Part shown: piece by piece, positions 38,897 through 48,051 of the stretch | Position numbering within the stretch: position 1 is the first letter of the stretch | Layout of the letters: the number at the start of each line of letters is the position of its first letter | From: Brevinematales bacterium | Lineage (GTDB): Bacteria; Spirochaetota; Brevinematia; DTOW01 | Assembly: GCA_026415355.1 (NCBI GenBank) | Contig: JAOAHF010000010.1 | Coordinates: 12,548 to 76,547, forward strand | Reading direction: 5' to 3' | Length of the DNA stretch: 64,000 nucleotides | Made by a program: the position numbers and the translations under genes | The notes under the pieces: generated by a model | Database searches by the model: none | Told to the model about the DNA's origin: nothing | What the model saw: the letters and a program-made list of their open reading frames with translations, nothing else

Positions 38897-39028
38897 GATT
38901 TTGAGGATATCTGGGATTTATTCCAGCAACAGGAAGGGGAAGAAAATGAGCTGGTGGAAAGGTATCAGTTTGTAAGGGGGTTGTTGGAAGAGTTGGATGT
39001 TGAGAAGGAGGTTATGGTATGGGGATAA
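38897..39028 (+). pseudogene. Start-less coding fragment (43 aa)
   Basis: DFEDIWDLFQQQEGEENELVERYQFVRGLLEELDVEKEVMVWG*, preceded by in-frame TAG; G-rich relative to its flanks. Confidence 0.3.
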
Positions 39029-39090
39029 AGTATTTAGAATACTCTTCTCAAGGAATATTAAACGCTGACCAAAATTCAGTAAAACATTTA

Positions 39091-39119
39091 TTGAAAATGT
39101 TAGGAACTGTTTTTATAAT
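39091..39119 (+). promoter_or_regulatory. Sigma70-type promoter for the EF-G-like gene
   Basis: TTGAAA-17 nt-TATAAT, followed by SD GGAGGAG and ATG 39144. Confidence 0.65.
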
Positions 39120-39128
39120 GGTTTAGGT

Positions 39129-41231
39129 TTGGAGGAGGAGTGTATGAAGGTATATGATACCAAGGATATTATAAACATAGCAGTCATAGGTGAACATAGG
39201 AGTGGTAAAACTACATTTCTTGATAGTGTTTTTTATGTTACAGGTAAAACTAGTGAGAAAGGTAGTGTGGACAAAGGTACGTCGGTTATGGATTTTGATC
39301 CTGAGGAGATAAAGAGAAAGATGACTATAAGGAGTATATATTCATATGTTGAATATAAAGGTAAGAAAGTAAACTTTATTGATACACCGGGGTTTGTGGA
39401 TTTCATAGGTGAGATGGAGATGGCTCTTGAAGTAGTTGAGAATGTAGTACTTGTAGTTGATGCTGAAAGAGGAATAACTATTGAAACTGACAGAATATGG
39501 CATTCTGTGGATGAGTTACATGTGGCAAAATCTGTAGTAATAAACAAGGTTGATACTATGACTGGTAACTTCGATGATATAGTAAATAAGATAAAAGCAA
39601 AGATAGGTAAAATTGCTGTTCCTGTTGAGATACCGTACTTTGAAGGTGGTAATTTTGTAGGTACTATAGATGTTATTCATAAGCATTTACTTGTATATAC
39701 CGATGATGGTAGAAACTTTAAAAAGCAAGATATACCTAAGGAATATGAAGAGATTGTCAGTAAGTATCGTGATGAAATATTTGAAGATATTTCAGACATA
39801 GATGAAGCATTTATGGAAAAATATTTGTCTGGTGAAGAATTGTCTGAGGATGAGATAATAAGTGGACTTAGAGATTGTATTTCAAAAGGGAAAATTATAC
39901 CGATATTTGCTTGTTCTGCTCTTAATAATATTGGTGTTTTAAACATACTTGATATAGTTGTTGAAGAATTTCCTTCCCCTGATATACATAAAGAACTTGT
40001 TGTGATTAAAAACGGTAAAGAGATGAATCAAGATATCTCTACAGAAAATACTACAATTCTTACACCTTTTAAAATTAGGATTGATCCCTATACTGGAAAG
40101 ATAGTTTATTTCAAGGTATGGACTGGTAGCGTTAAAGGAGGCAGTGAATTTTATATTTCTGAAACATCTTCTAGTGTAAAATTTCAACATATCTACCTAT
40201 GTTTTGGTAAGTCTCTTGAGGAAATTAGTGAGGTTAGAGCTGGTGACATATTTGCAGTTCCAAAAATTGAAGGAGTGAAAATTGGTTATACTTTGGTTTC
40301 TGACAAGATTGATGTGAAGTTAAAACATCTTGCTCTGCCTAACCCTATATTCTTCACTTCTGTAATAGGTAAAAATAGAGGTGATGAGGATAAATTGGCT
40401 GAGCTTTTGGGTAGGTTTTCTGAAGAGGATCCATCATTTATTGTCAAGTTTAATGATTTTTCGAAGGAGCTAGAGGTGCATTGTCAGGGGGAAAATCAGT
40501 TTAATATATATGTTGAAATACTCAAGGAACGATATAAAATAGATTTTAGTTTAGATACTCCTAAAATACCCTATAGAGAGACTATTACAAAAACTGTTGA
40601 AGCTCATTATAAGCATAAAAAACAGACAGGTGGACATGGTCAATATGGTGAAGTATTCATAAGAGTTGAGCCTTTGGAAAGAGGTAAAGGATTTGAGTTT
40701 GTTGATCAGATAAGAGGTGGACACATTCCAAAACAGTTTATACCTTCAGTTGAAAAGGGTGTCTTAAGTGCTATGGAAGAAGGAGTTTTAGGTAAATATC
40801 CTGTTGTTGATGTGAGAGTTATACTTTACGAAGGCTCCTATCACGAAGTTGATTCTTCTGATATTTCTTTTCAGATAGCGGGTTGGCATGCTATGAAGAT
40901 TGCTCTTGAAAATGGTAATCCTGCTATACTTGAACCTATAATGGATGCTAAAATAATTGTCGAAGAAAGTTATATGGGAGCTATAACAGAAGATCTTAAC
41001 TCTAGAAGGGGTAGGATAAGTAGCATTGATAGAAAAGAAGATGGTACTGTTATAATAAGCGCGTTTGTGCCTATGTCTGAAATGATAAGATATGCTTCTG
41101 CCTTGAGTTCTATAACAAAAGGAGTGGGTAGATTTACTATGACTCTAGCATATTATGATTTCTTGCCAGAGAAAATGAAAAATGAGGTTGCAGAGTTAGG
41201 TAAAAAGATAAAAGAGAAAATAAATTCTTAA
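39129..41231 (+). CDS. fusA: Elongation factor G paralog (EF-G2 / EF-G-like; likely start ATG 39144)
   Basis: G1 GEHRSGKTT (non-canonical), DTPGFVDF, NKVD, IPYRETI, HKKQTGGHGQYG, GSYHEVDSS. Confidence 0.88.
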   Translation: MEEECMKVYDTKDIINIAVIGEHRSGKTTFLDSVFYVTGKTSEKGSVDKGTSVMDFDPEEIKRKMTIRSIYSYVEYKGKKVNFIDTPGFVDFIGEMEMALEVVENVVLVVDAERGITIETDRIWHSVDELHVAKSVVINKVDTMTGNFDDIVNKIKAKIGKIAVPVEIPYFEGGNFVGTIDVIHKHLLVYTDDGRNFKKQDIPKEYEEIVSKYRDEIFEDISDIDEAFMEKYLSGEELSEDEIISGLRDCISKGKIIPIFACSALNNIGVLNILDIVVEEFPSPDIHKELVVIKNGKEMNQDISTENTTILTPFKIRIDPYTGKIVYFKVWTGSVKGGSEFYISETSSSVKFQHIYLCFGKSLEEISEVRAGDIFAVPKIEGVKIGYTLVSDKIDVKLKHLALPNPIFFTSVIGKNRGDEDKLAELLGRFSEEDPSFIVKFNDFSKELEVHCQGENQFNIYVEILKERYKIDFSLDTPKIPYRETITKTVEAHYKHKKQTGGHGQYGEVFIRVEPLERGKGFEFVDQIRGGHIPKQFIPSVEKGVLSAMEEGVLGKYPVVDVRVILYEGSYHEVDSSDISFQIAGWHAMKIALENGNPAILEPIMDAKIIVEESYMGAITEDLNSRRGRISSIDRKEDGTVIISAFVPMSEMIRYASALSSITKGVGRFTMTLAYYDFLPEKMKNEVAELGKKIKEKINS

Positions 41232-41235
41232 GGAT

Positions 41236-43155
41236 TTACCTAACAATTCCCATTCTATTTATTATAGTGTCTAACATAGAATCTAAGTATGTTATGTATC
41301 TAGCACTTGCTTCATATGCTCTTTGGTAGGATATTAGTTTTGTAAGTTCTTCATCTAGGTTGACTCCAGATACTGCTTCTCTTAGTTTTTGTAAATTTTC
41401 TATTACTAGTGATTGTTTTTTAGTAGCAACTTCGGATATTTTACTTCTTGTTCCAATGTCTCCGACCACGAATTTAAGGTATTCAAGAAAAGTTGAATCT
41501 CTTTCAAGCATTACTTTTTTATCTCTTAGGCTTGCTATTAGGAGTATGTTAGAATTATCTCCAGGTCCGTTTGTTGTATCTAGTATCCTATCTCCATTTA
41601 GATCTTTTCCACTTGCTGCTCCTACTAATCTAGGGTCTTTGTATATTAATGGATTTACATCTATCCAAAGAGCTGGCTCATCTAAAGGTGCTACTGAATA
41701 ATAATTTATGTCTCCTCTTATTTGAGCTATTTGTTCGATATTATTCCAGTCATATGCTCCTAGTTCCCCGCTTTGGTGTAATATCCCTGCAAAACCAACT
41801 AGGAAGTTACCACTGTCACTTATGTATCTTATAACAAAATCTGGATATTCAGTATCTTCAGACATTCTTGCCTTGATTGTAAGTTCACCTCTGTGATTCA
41901 AATATGCTACTACATGTGCTCCTGAGTTGTTTATCTTTTCTATGATGCTTTTTACAGTGTCGTTTTCGTTATATTCAACAGTAATGTTAGGCCCTCCAGA
42001 TGTGTTTGGTCCGAAGTTAATAACACCAGCTGAGTTTATAAAGTCATCTGGATTAAGTTTGTTTGTACCTGTTATTTTAAATATAGCAGTTTTATCAAAT
42101 ATGCCGTCTTCGTTTGAATCGTAGTTGCCTCTTATGTCAGGAGTTATGGGTGCCTTAATCCAAAAATCAAGTCCGGTAGTTCCGTCAAGTCCAAAACCAT
42201 CTTTATGTATTTCATTCACAGATTCTATTAAGTTTATAGTAAAGGCATTTAGTCTTTTCATGTCTGAAACTAAATCTATGTCTCTTGCAAATACCAGCCC
42301 AAACAATTCTCCATCTGATATCTTCAATCTTCTATCAGGTGAACCAATATATATGTCAACGAATCCTTTATTTTGGGCATTTGGAATACCTATTAGTTCG
42401 TGATAATTTTCCCCTTGTATTAGTATTTCGCTACCTACCATAATCATAAATTCATTCTTGTCACTTCTACCTACTTTTATATTCATTATTTTTGAAAGTT
42501 TTTCAACGAGAGCATCTCTTCTATCGTAAAGATCGTTAGGATTATCACCTAATGCTTCTAATTTTTGTATTTGGTTATTTAAGGTTGCTATTTCTTTTGC
42601 ATATCCATTTATTTCGTTTATCTTTTGTTTTATGAGGTCGTTTGCTTGCTCTCTGAGTTTTATTATTGAGTTATATTCGTGTCTTATTTGGCTTGCTAGT
42701 GATTTTGCTTTTTCAACTAAGACAACTCTTGATGATACCTCTGTAGGATCCATAGCGACTTTTTGTAAAGCATCCCAATACTCATCAAGTGTTGTTCTTA
42801 TGTTAGGGCCTTCGGGTTCGTTGTAAATTAGTTGTAGTTGATACAAGAATTTTCTTCTGGCCTCCCAAAACCCCAAGCCCCCATTCTCAAACATTATCCT
42901 ATCATCCAAAAATTGATCTCGAGCTCTTACTATATCTTCAACTGCAACTCCTGTTCCTAGTTGCCCTGGGGTAGTTTCTCTATTCCAGGATGGATCATAT
43001 ATCGGGTGAAAAGCTTTGAGATGTATAATTTGTCTTGAGTATTCAGGATTGTTTAAGTTTGAAATATTATGACCTGTAGTTTTGAGAGCATCTGAGTGTG
43101 CTAAAAGACTCTTCCTACCAACCTCAATTCCATGAAAGCTTGATAATATAGCCAT
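41236..43155 (-). CDS. flgK: Flagellar hook-associated protein 1
   Basis: TTGHNISNLNNPEYSRQ, QLGTGV, NDLYDRRD, VSGVNLDEELTKLISYQRAYEASAR. Confidence 0.95.
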   Translation of the reverse strand: MAILSSFHGIEVGRKSLLAHSDALKTTGHNISNLNNPEYSRQIIHLKAFHPIYDPSWNRETTPGQLGTGVAVEDIVRARDQFLDDRIMFENGGLGFWEARRKFLYQLQLIYNEPEGPNIRTTLDEYWDALQKVAMDPTEVSSRVVLVEKAKSLASQIRHEYNSIIKLREQANDLIKQKINEINGYAKEIATLNNQIQKLEALGDNPNDLYDRRDALVEKLSKIMNIKVGRSDKNEFMIMVGSEILIQGENYHELIGIPNAQNKGFVDIYIGSPDRRLKISDGELFGLVFARDIDLVSDMKRLNAFTINLIESVNEIHKDGFGLDGTTGLDFWIKAPITPDIRGNYDSNEDGIFDKTAIFKITGTNKLNPDDFINSAGVINFGPNTSGGPNITVEYNENDTVKSIIEKINNSGAHVVAYLNHRGELTIKARMSEDTEYPDFVIRYISDSGNFLVGFAGILHQSGELGAYDWNNIEQIAQIRGDINYYSVAPLDEPALWIDVNPLIYKDPRLVGAASGKDLNGDRILDTTNGPGDNSNILLIASLRDKKVMLERDSTFLEYLKFVVGDIGTRSKISEVATKKQSLVIENLQKLREAVSGVNLDEELTKLISYQRAYEASARYITYLDSMLDTIINRMGIVR

Positions 43156-43443
43156 AATGTACCACCAAATCTAAACTTCGGAATAAGTAGAAAAAATATG
43201 AGTTTATTCAGAAAGTTTGAATACTCAAGCTTCTTTGTGTTTGAATTTTTAACTATTAAGGAGAATTAGAAATCCTTACTATTTCTACGAAGTTTTTTCA
43301 GCTTTAGAGTATATTATAATAGCGTAAATAGCAAACTAAGAAGGTTGGGGTTTTGAAAGAGTTTGTTTGTGAATTATGAGTTTTGTTGAGAAAGTTTGGT
43401 AAATTTGAATTAAGTTTTCGAAATCAATTATATCTCATCTTAG

Positions 43444-44016
43444 ATGAGACTTTTATGTCTTCTAGTAGTTTTAATACTTCAATGCTTTTATGCAGTAGGT
43501 TTTGAGCTTTCAAAGCCTAAAGTAGTTTTTGATGATACTTCTCAAGGTATTTTTACTTTGATATTCATAGAGGGTGGCCTTCCTAAGAGTATTGAGCGTG
43601 TTCTGAAGAGAAACTTAGACATTGATCTTGTTTTTGAAGTTAAGTTTGTTAGGAAGGATTTTAGGATTCTTAACATACAGACAGTGATTACGAATATAAT
43701 TACACGGTATAAGGTATCTTACGATATTGTGAGTGGAAGGTATACTATTTCTAACCCTTTCATTTTTAAATCTTACGCAAATCTTGACGAGTTAGTTGAT
43801 ATGTTTTTTCCATTGCTTGTTAGAATAGATCTTAACAGCCTTAAGGATAATCCAGATTTTAGTCAAGTGTATGATGATACGGAGTTTTTTATATCTCTTA
43901 GGGCAAAGATTATATATCTTAACTTAAAACCTCCACTTAATATAATAACATCAATAGTTGGGTTGGGTAATTATGAAACTCCTGTGGCTAATTCTGAAAC
44001 TTTCAAAATAAGGTGA
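43444..44016 (+). CDS. Exported DUF4390-like protein
   Basis: Signal peptide; RYKVSYDIVSGRY, LKPPLN pattern; lies directly upstream of an NtrY-like kinase, the usual DUF4390 context. Confidence 0.6.
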   Translation: MRLLCLLVVLILQCFYAVGFELSKPKVVFDDTSQGIFTLIFIEGGLPKSIERVLKRNLDIDLVFEVKFVRKDFRILNIQTVITNIITRYKVSYDIVSGRYTISNPFIFKSYANLDELVDMFFPLLVRIDLNSLKDNPDFSQVYDDTEFFISLRAKIIYLNLKPPLNIITSIVGLGNYETPVANSETFKIR

Positions 44017-44019
44017 CGT

Positions 44020-45645
44020 ATGGTGCAAAAAATTATATTTTTTACATCGTTTTTGTTAGTAGGTACTTTCCTCACTGTGCTTATTTCTGATTGGACTTAT
44101 AACTTGTCGTTTGGTTCTGTTAATAGGGTTTCGAATTTCTTGGTTGTTGGAGCAATTGTTTTTTCTTCTTTGGTATCACTGATACTTCTTGGTAAGTCGT
44201 TTAGGGATTACTTGAAGTCAAAACTTGGTTCAAGAATAAGATTAAGAATTATCTTTCTATTCATAATAGCTAGTGCTATATCCAGTATAATACTATCTAG
44301 CATTTTTATATCTATAATAGATGCTTTGAAAACTATTAATGAATCAAGGGAGGGTGAAAGGATTTCTGAAATATCTAGAAGATTACTTACGGAGATTTCT
44401 GTGTTTTATAAGGATATATTTAACAGGCTTGATATTTCATTACGAGAACGAAGATCTTTTATGAATACTAAAGTATTGAGAATTAGTATTGCTGAGAAAT
44501 CAGATGATAATGTTGTAAATGCTATAGTGGAAGATTTAAAAAAATCTTCCCCACAAACTGGTAAGAGTGTAGTTGTTATTGATGATAAGGAATATGCTTT
44601 TGTGTTTTCCAGAGATGGTGATTATTATATTATCTCTTACGAAGAGGTCGATAAAGAGATATATAGCTTAAAAAGGGGATTATCCAAAATACTACAGATT
44701 TCAAGTAATAGTGAATTTTTGTTTTATGATATATTTCGAAATTACTTTTTTATTATACTACTTCTTTTGAATATACCTTCTCTTTTTGTTTCAGTTCTTG
44801 TTGCCTATTTGTTTGCGGAGTATATAACCATAGGTATATCAAACTTAATTGAAGGTATGAATAAAATTTCTGAAGGTAATCTAGAGTATAAAGTTTCTGA
44901 TAGATGGGCTTTCGATGAGATAAAGGATTTGATAAAGGAGTTTAACAAAATGAGTTTGAGACTACTTGAAGCTCAGTATAGAGTTAGCAAAATTGAGAAA
45001 ATGGAATTGTGGAAGGATATTGCTAGAAAAGTTGCTCATGAAATAAAGAATCCGTTAACACCTATAAAACTTTCAATTCAGCGAATTCTTGCGAATCAAG
45101 ATGTAGATGATTTCAAGGATAGAGTTGTAGCTAGTTTACTGATCATACTTGAGGAGGTTGATAGGATTGATAATTTGATAACACAATTATCAAATTTTGC
45201 TAAAATACCTCAACCTGCTCCTGTTGCTTTTAGGTTTGTATCTCTTATTGAGAATGTTAAAAGTCTATTCTCTAACCAAGGTGTAGAGATAGAGTATGTA
45301 ATAGAAGGTGATGATAATATTTACGCCGATTTTGATCAACTTAAACAATGTCTTATAAATCTTATAAAGAATGGTATTGAAGCATCTGAGGGAATATCTA
45401 ATAAAATAACAGTTAAGTTTTTAAGAGAAGCTGATAGATTTATCATAAGTGTTAGAGATTATGGTGTTGGAATACCAGATGATATGAAGGATAAAATTCT
45501 CAAACCTTATATAACTACTAAGAAGTCGGGTAGTGGTCTTGGACTTTCTATAGTTGAAACGATAGTTATAAACCACAATGGGAGATTGTACTTTAATTCT
45601 GAGTTAGGTAAAGGAACAGAATTTTTTATTGAAATAAAAACGTAG
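44020..45645 (+). CDS. HAMP-domain sensor histidine kinase (NtrY-like)
   Basis: TMs, HAMP, WKDIARKVAHEIKNPLTPI, NLIKNGIEA, DYGVGI, YITTKKSGSGLGL. Confidence 0.92.
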   Translation: MVQKIIFFTSFLLVGTFLTVLISDWTYNLSFGSVNRVSNFLVVGAIVFSSLVSLILLGKSFRDYLKSKLGSRIRLRIIFLFIIASAISSIILSSIFISIIDALKTINESREGERISEISRRLLTEISVFYKDIFNRLDISLRERRSFMNTKVLRISIAEKSDDNVVNAIVEDLKKSSPQTGKSVVVIDDKEYAFVFSRDGDYYIISYEEVDKEIYSLKRGLSKILQISSNSEFLFYDIFRNYFFIILLLLNIPSLFVSVLVAYLFAEYITIGISNLIEGMNKISEGNLEYKVSDRWAFDEIKDLIKEFNKMSLRLLEAQYRVSKIEKMELWKDIARKVAHEIKNPLTPIKLSIQRILANQDVDDFKDRVVASLLIILEEVDRIDNLITQLSNFAKIPQPAPVAFRFVSLIENVKSLFSNQGVEIEYVIEGDDNIYADFDQLKQCLINLIKNGIEASEGISNKITVKFLREADRFIISVRDYGVGIPDDMKDKILKPYITTKKSGSGLGLSIVETIVINHNGRLYFNSELGKGTEFFIEIKT

Positions 45646-45646
45646 G

Positions 45647-46321
45647 TTATTCGTTTTCTGTGCTTTGGTTTAGTTTGTTTATTTCATCTCTTATTCTTGC
45701 CGCATCTTCATACCTTTCTTCAGCGACTGCTTTTTCTAATTCTTTTTGTAATTCTTCAAGTAGTACTTCTTTTTTGTCTTTCTTTTGGGATTTTATGGTT
45801 TTACTTGTGGTTGATTCATTTGTTGTTTTTGGAGTCATGAGTTCTTGGGAAATTGTGTTCTCATATCCTTGATTCATGTATTCAGATCTACTTACTGAAG
45901 AGATATCCATAACATGTTGCGCTACATATATAGGAGAGTTGTATCTTACTGCTATTGCAACGGCATCGCTTGGTCTTGAGTCTAGTTCTATTATGTTTCC
46001 TTGAAAATTTATGTAAAGTGTTGCATAAAATGTTCTATCTCTTAAGTCATTTATGATAACTTTTTCGACGTATGCCCCTAAACTATCTAGCATATTCTTT
46101 ATCAAATCATAAGTTAGAGGTCTTGGAAATTTTGCACCTTGAAGTTTCATTATTATTCCATTTGCTTCAAATGGGCCTATGAATATGGGTAAAACTCTGT
46201 TGCTAGTTTTATCGTAAAATATCATTGCAAATCCTGCATTTGTCATTACTATGTCTTCTATTTCAACTTCTATGATGTTTTCATCCATAACATAATATAA
46301 AATAAATAAATCGCATGCCAT
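45647..46321 (-). CDS. Bifunctional nuclease (DUF151) with C-terminal UVR domain
   Basis: LPIFIGPFEA, RPLTYDL, DSRPSDAVAIAVR, LEKAVAEERYEDAARIRDEI. Confidence 0.92.
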   Translation of the reverse strand: MACDLFILYYVMDENIIEVEIEDIVMTNAGFAMIFYDKTSNRVLPIFIGPFEANGIIMKLQGAKFPRPLTYDLIKNMLDSLGAYVEKVIINDLRDRTFYATLYINFQGNIIELDSRPSDAVAIAVRYNSPIYVAQHVMDISSVSRSEYMNQGYENTISQELMTPKTTNESTTSKTIKSQKKDKKEVLLEELQKELEKAVAEERYEDAARIRDEINKLNQSTENE

Positions 46322-46339
46322 TTGTCAATCTGTATAATG

Positions 46340-47005
46340 AGGGTGTTTGGAGGATTCTGTATGTTTTTAGAGATTAGGTATGGGGAATGAGTTTGTGAAA
46401 GCATATTTAAGATGATGTATCTTGGGGTCAGAAATGATATTTTTTCTGGAGAGTACCAAGCGAATATAAAGCGAGATAGAAAGAATGGTTTGAGATGAGG
46501 ATTCTTTGATTGTTTTGTTTTTATGACACTGTGGAGGTTTTTGTATATGCGAGCAAGGTAGGTTATAGATAAAGCTTGGGATAGACATCAACATCTCGAA
46601 CATACACTGCCGTTTGAAGAGATTGGGGGAGTTAGAGATGTGATTAATGAGAAGATACTTTGGATAGGGATGAGTTTTTTGATGTAGGCTGGTGTGAGGT
46701 GATAATTTGGGACAGGTATTGAGTATAACATACTGATTAAGATGAAGGTGCTAGGGAAAATGGAGATTAGGAAGGTCAAAGGATACATCAAGGTTGTTGT
46801 GATAGTAGTGATTAAAGAGGAGTAAGTCAAGGGTTGTTGAGTTGACAGAGATTGTTAGAAGGTGTGATAAGAGTATGAGAGGAATTACAGGTTTGAGCAG
46901 GTTATAAGTCATTTCAAGAGAAGTGGGGTGAGGTAGATATGAGTTTGGTGGTAGGCATATTAGATTTTATAATGTTTGAGAAAGATAGGGGTAAAAATTT
47001 TTTGT
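46340..47005 (+). mobile_element. Decayed, internally deleted IS5-like transposase relic
   Basis: Broken frames: INISNIHCRLKRL; VII[D]GTGIEYNILIKMKVLGKMEIRKVKGYIKVVVIV; EYERNYRFEQVISHFKRS. 3' end gagaaagataggggtaaaaattttt matches the 20.7-kb copy. Confidence 0.72.
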
Positions 47006-47022
47006 TTTAGTTATTCTTAATC

Positions 47023-48051
47023 ATGAGTGTTTGTATTCTTTGTATACGTTTTTTGTCGATAACAAGTAGAAAAATAGTAATTCTGAATAATATACTTATT
47101 CAGGTGAGGCAAAACTTAAAGGATAGAGTAGTTGAATTGCTGCTTTCGGGTGATGTTGTTTCAGGTAATGTTATATCAACTAAGCTCGGAATTAGCAGAG
47201 TCATGGTTAACAGGTATATAAAAAAACTTGTTAATGAAGGTTTTGATATACAAATAATGAAGCATTTAGGGTATAAACTTAATTCTTATCCCGATGTGAT
47301 ATATCCTTCAATTATCAAATCTAAGCTAGGTAGTAGTTTTTCAATAGTTGTGTTTGACGAACTAGATTCTACGAATACCTATGCTTTGAGGAATGCTGAT
47401 AGTATCCAGGATAAAACAGTTATTATATCAGATCATCAAACAAAAGGTAGAGGAAGATTTGATAGAGAATGGTTTTCTGAGAAATGTAAAGATGTTACTA
47501 TGAGTATAGTTTTCAAACCTAACATTCCTGTTGAGAAAATTATAAAGTATACTATTTCTTCGTCGCTTGCGGTTTTGGATGCTTTAAAAGATTTTGATAT
47601 TGGGAATGCTTTCATTAAGTGGCCTAATGACATAATGTATGAAGATAAAAAGCTATGCGGTATACTTACTGAAAGTACAATTGAGTATACAACAGGATTA
47701 GTTGAGGTTTTGGTTATAGGTATAGGACTTAATGTTAACAGTAATCCTTCTAGATATATTCCGAATGCGATTTCAATCTATGAAATATTAGGTTTCGAGG
47801 TTAGAAGAACCTCAATTATATCGAAAATACTGTATAACTTGGATGCTAACATAAAGCTGTCTTATGAAGAATTATACATGAGATGGCGGGAGAATATGGG
47901 ATATATAGGTAAAAAAGTAATACTTAAGTATGAAGGAACAGAAATAAGTTGTAGGTTTGTTGATGTTTCTAGGTCTGGAGAAATAATAGTTGAGGATAAT
48001 AACACTATTAGAAAGTTTTCATTTGGTGAAGTTAGTTTAATACCTGATTAG
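47023..48051 (+). CDS. birA: Bifunctional biotin-protein ligase / biotin repressor (likely start GTG 47104)
   Basis: N-terminal wHTH (SGNVISTKLGISRVMVNRYIKKL), LDSTN, QTKGRGR, KWPND, KKLCGIL. Confidence 0.93.
   Translation: MSVCILCIRFLSITSRKIVILNNILIQVRQNLKDRVVELLLSGDVVSGNVISTKLGISRVMVNRYIKKLVNEGFDIQIMKHLGYKLNSYPDVIYPSIIKSKLGSSFSIVVFDELDSTNTYALRNADSIQDKTVIISDHQTKGRGRFDREWFSEKCKDVTMSIVFKPNIPVEKIIKYTISSSLAVLDALKDFDIGNAFIKWPNDIMYEDKKLCGILTESTIEYTTGLVEVLVIGIGLNVNSNPSRYIPNAISIYEILGFEVRRTSIISKILYNLDANIKLSYEELYMRWRENMGYIGKKVILKYEGTEISCRFVDVSRSGEIIVEDNNTIRKFSFGEVSLIPD

Noticed and set aside
43155-43260. Sigma28 promoter for flgK
   Set aside because: Only a weak TCAT-N15-TCCGAAGT match; not distinguishable from chance.
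46367-46830. ORF-track minus-strand ORFs 46367-46603 and 46588-46830
   Set aside because: They are antisense shadows of the + strand transposase relic.
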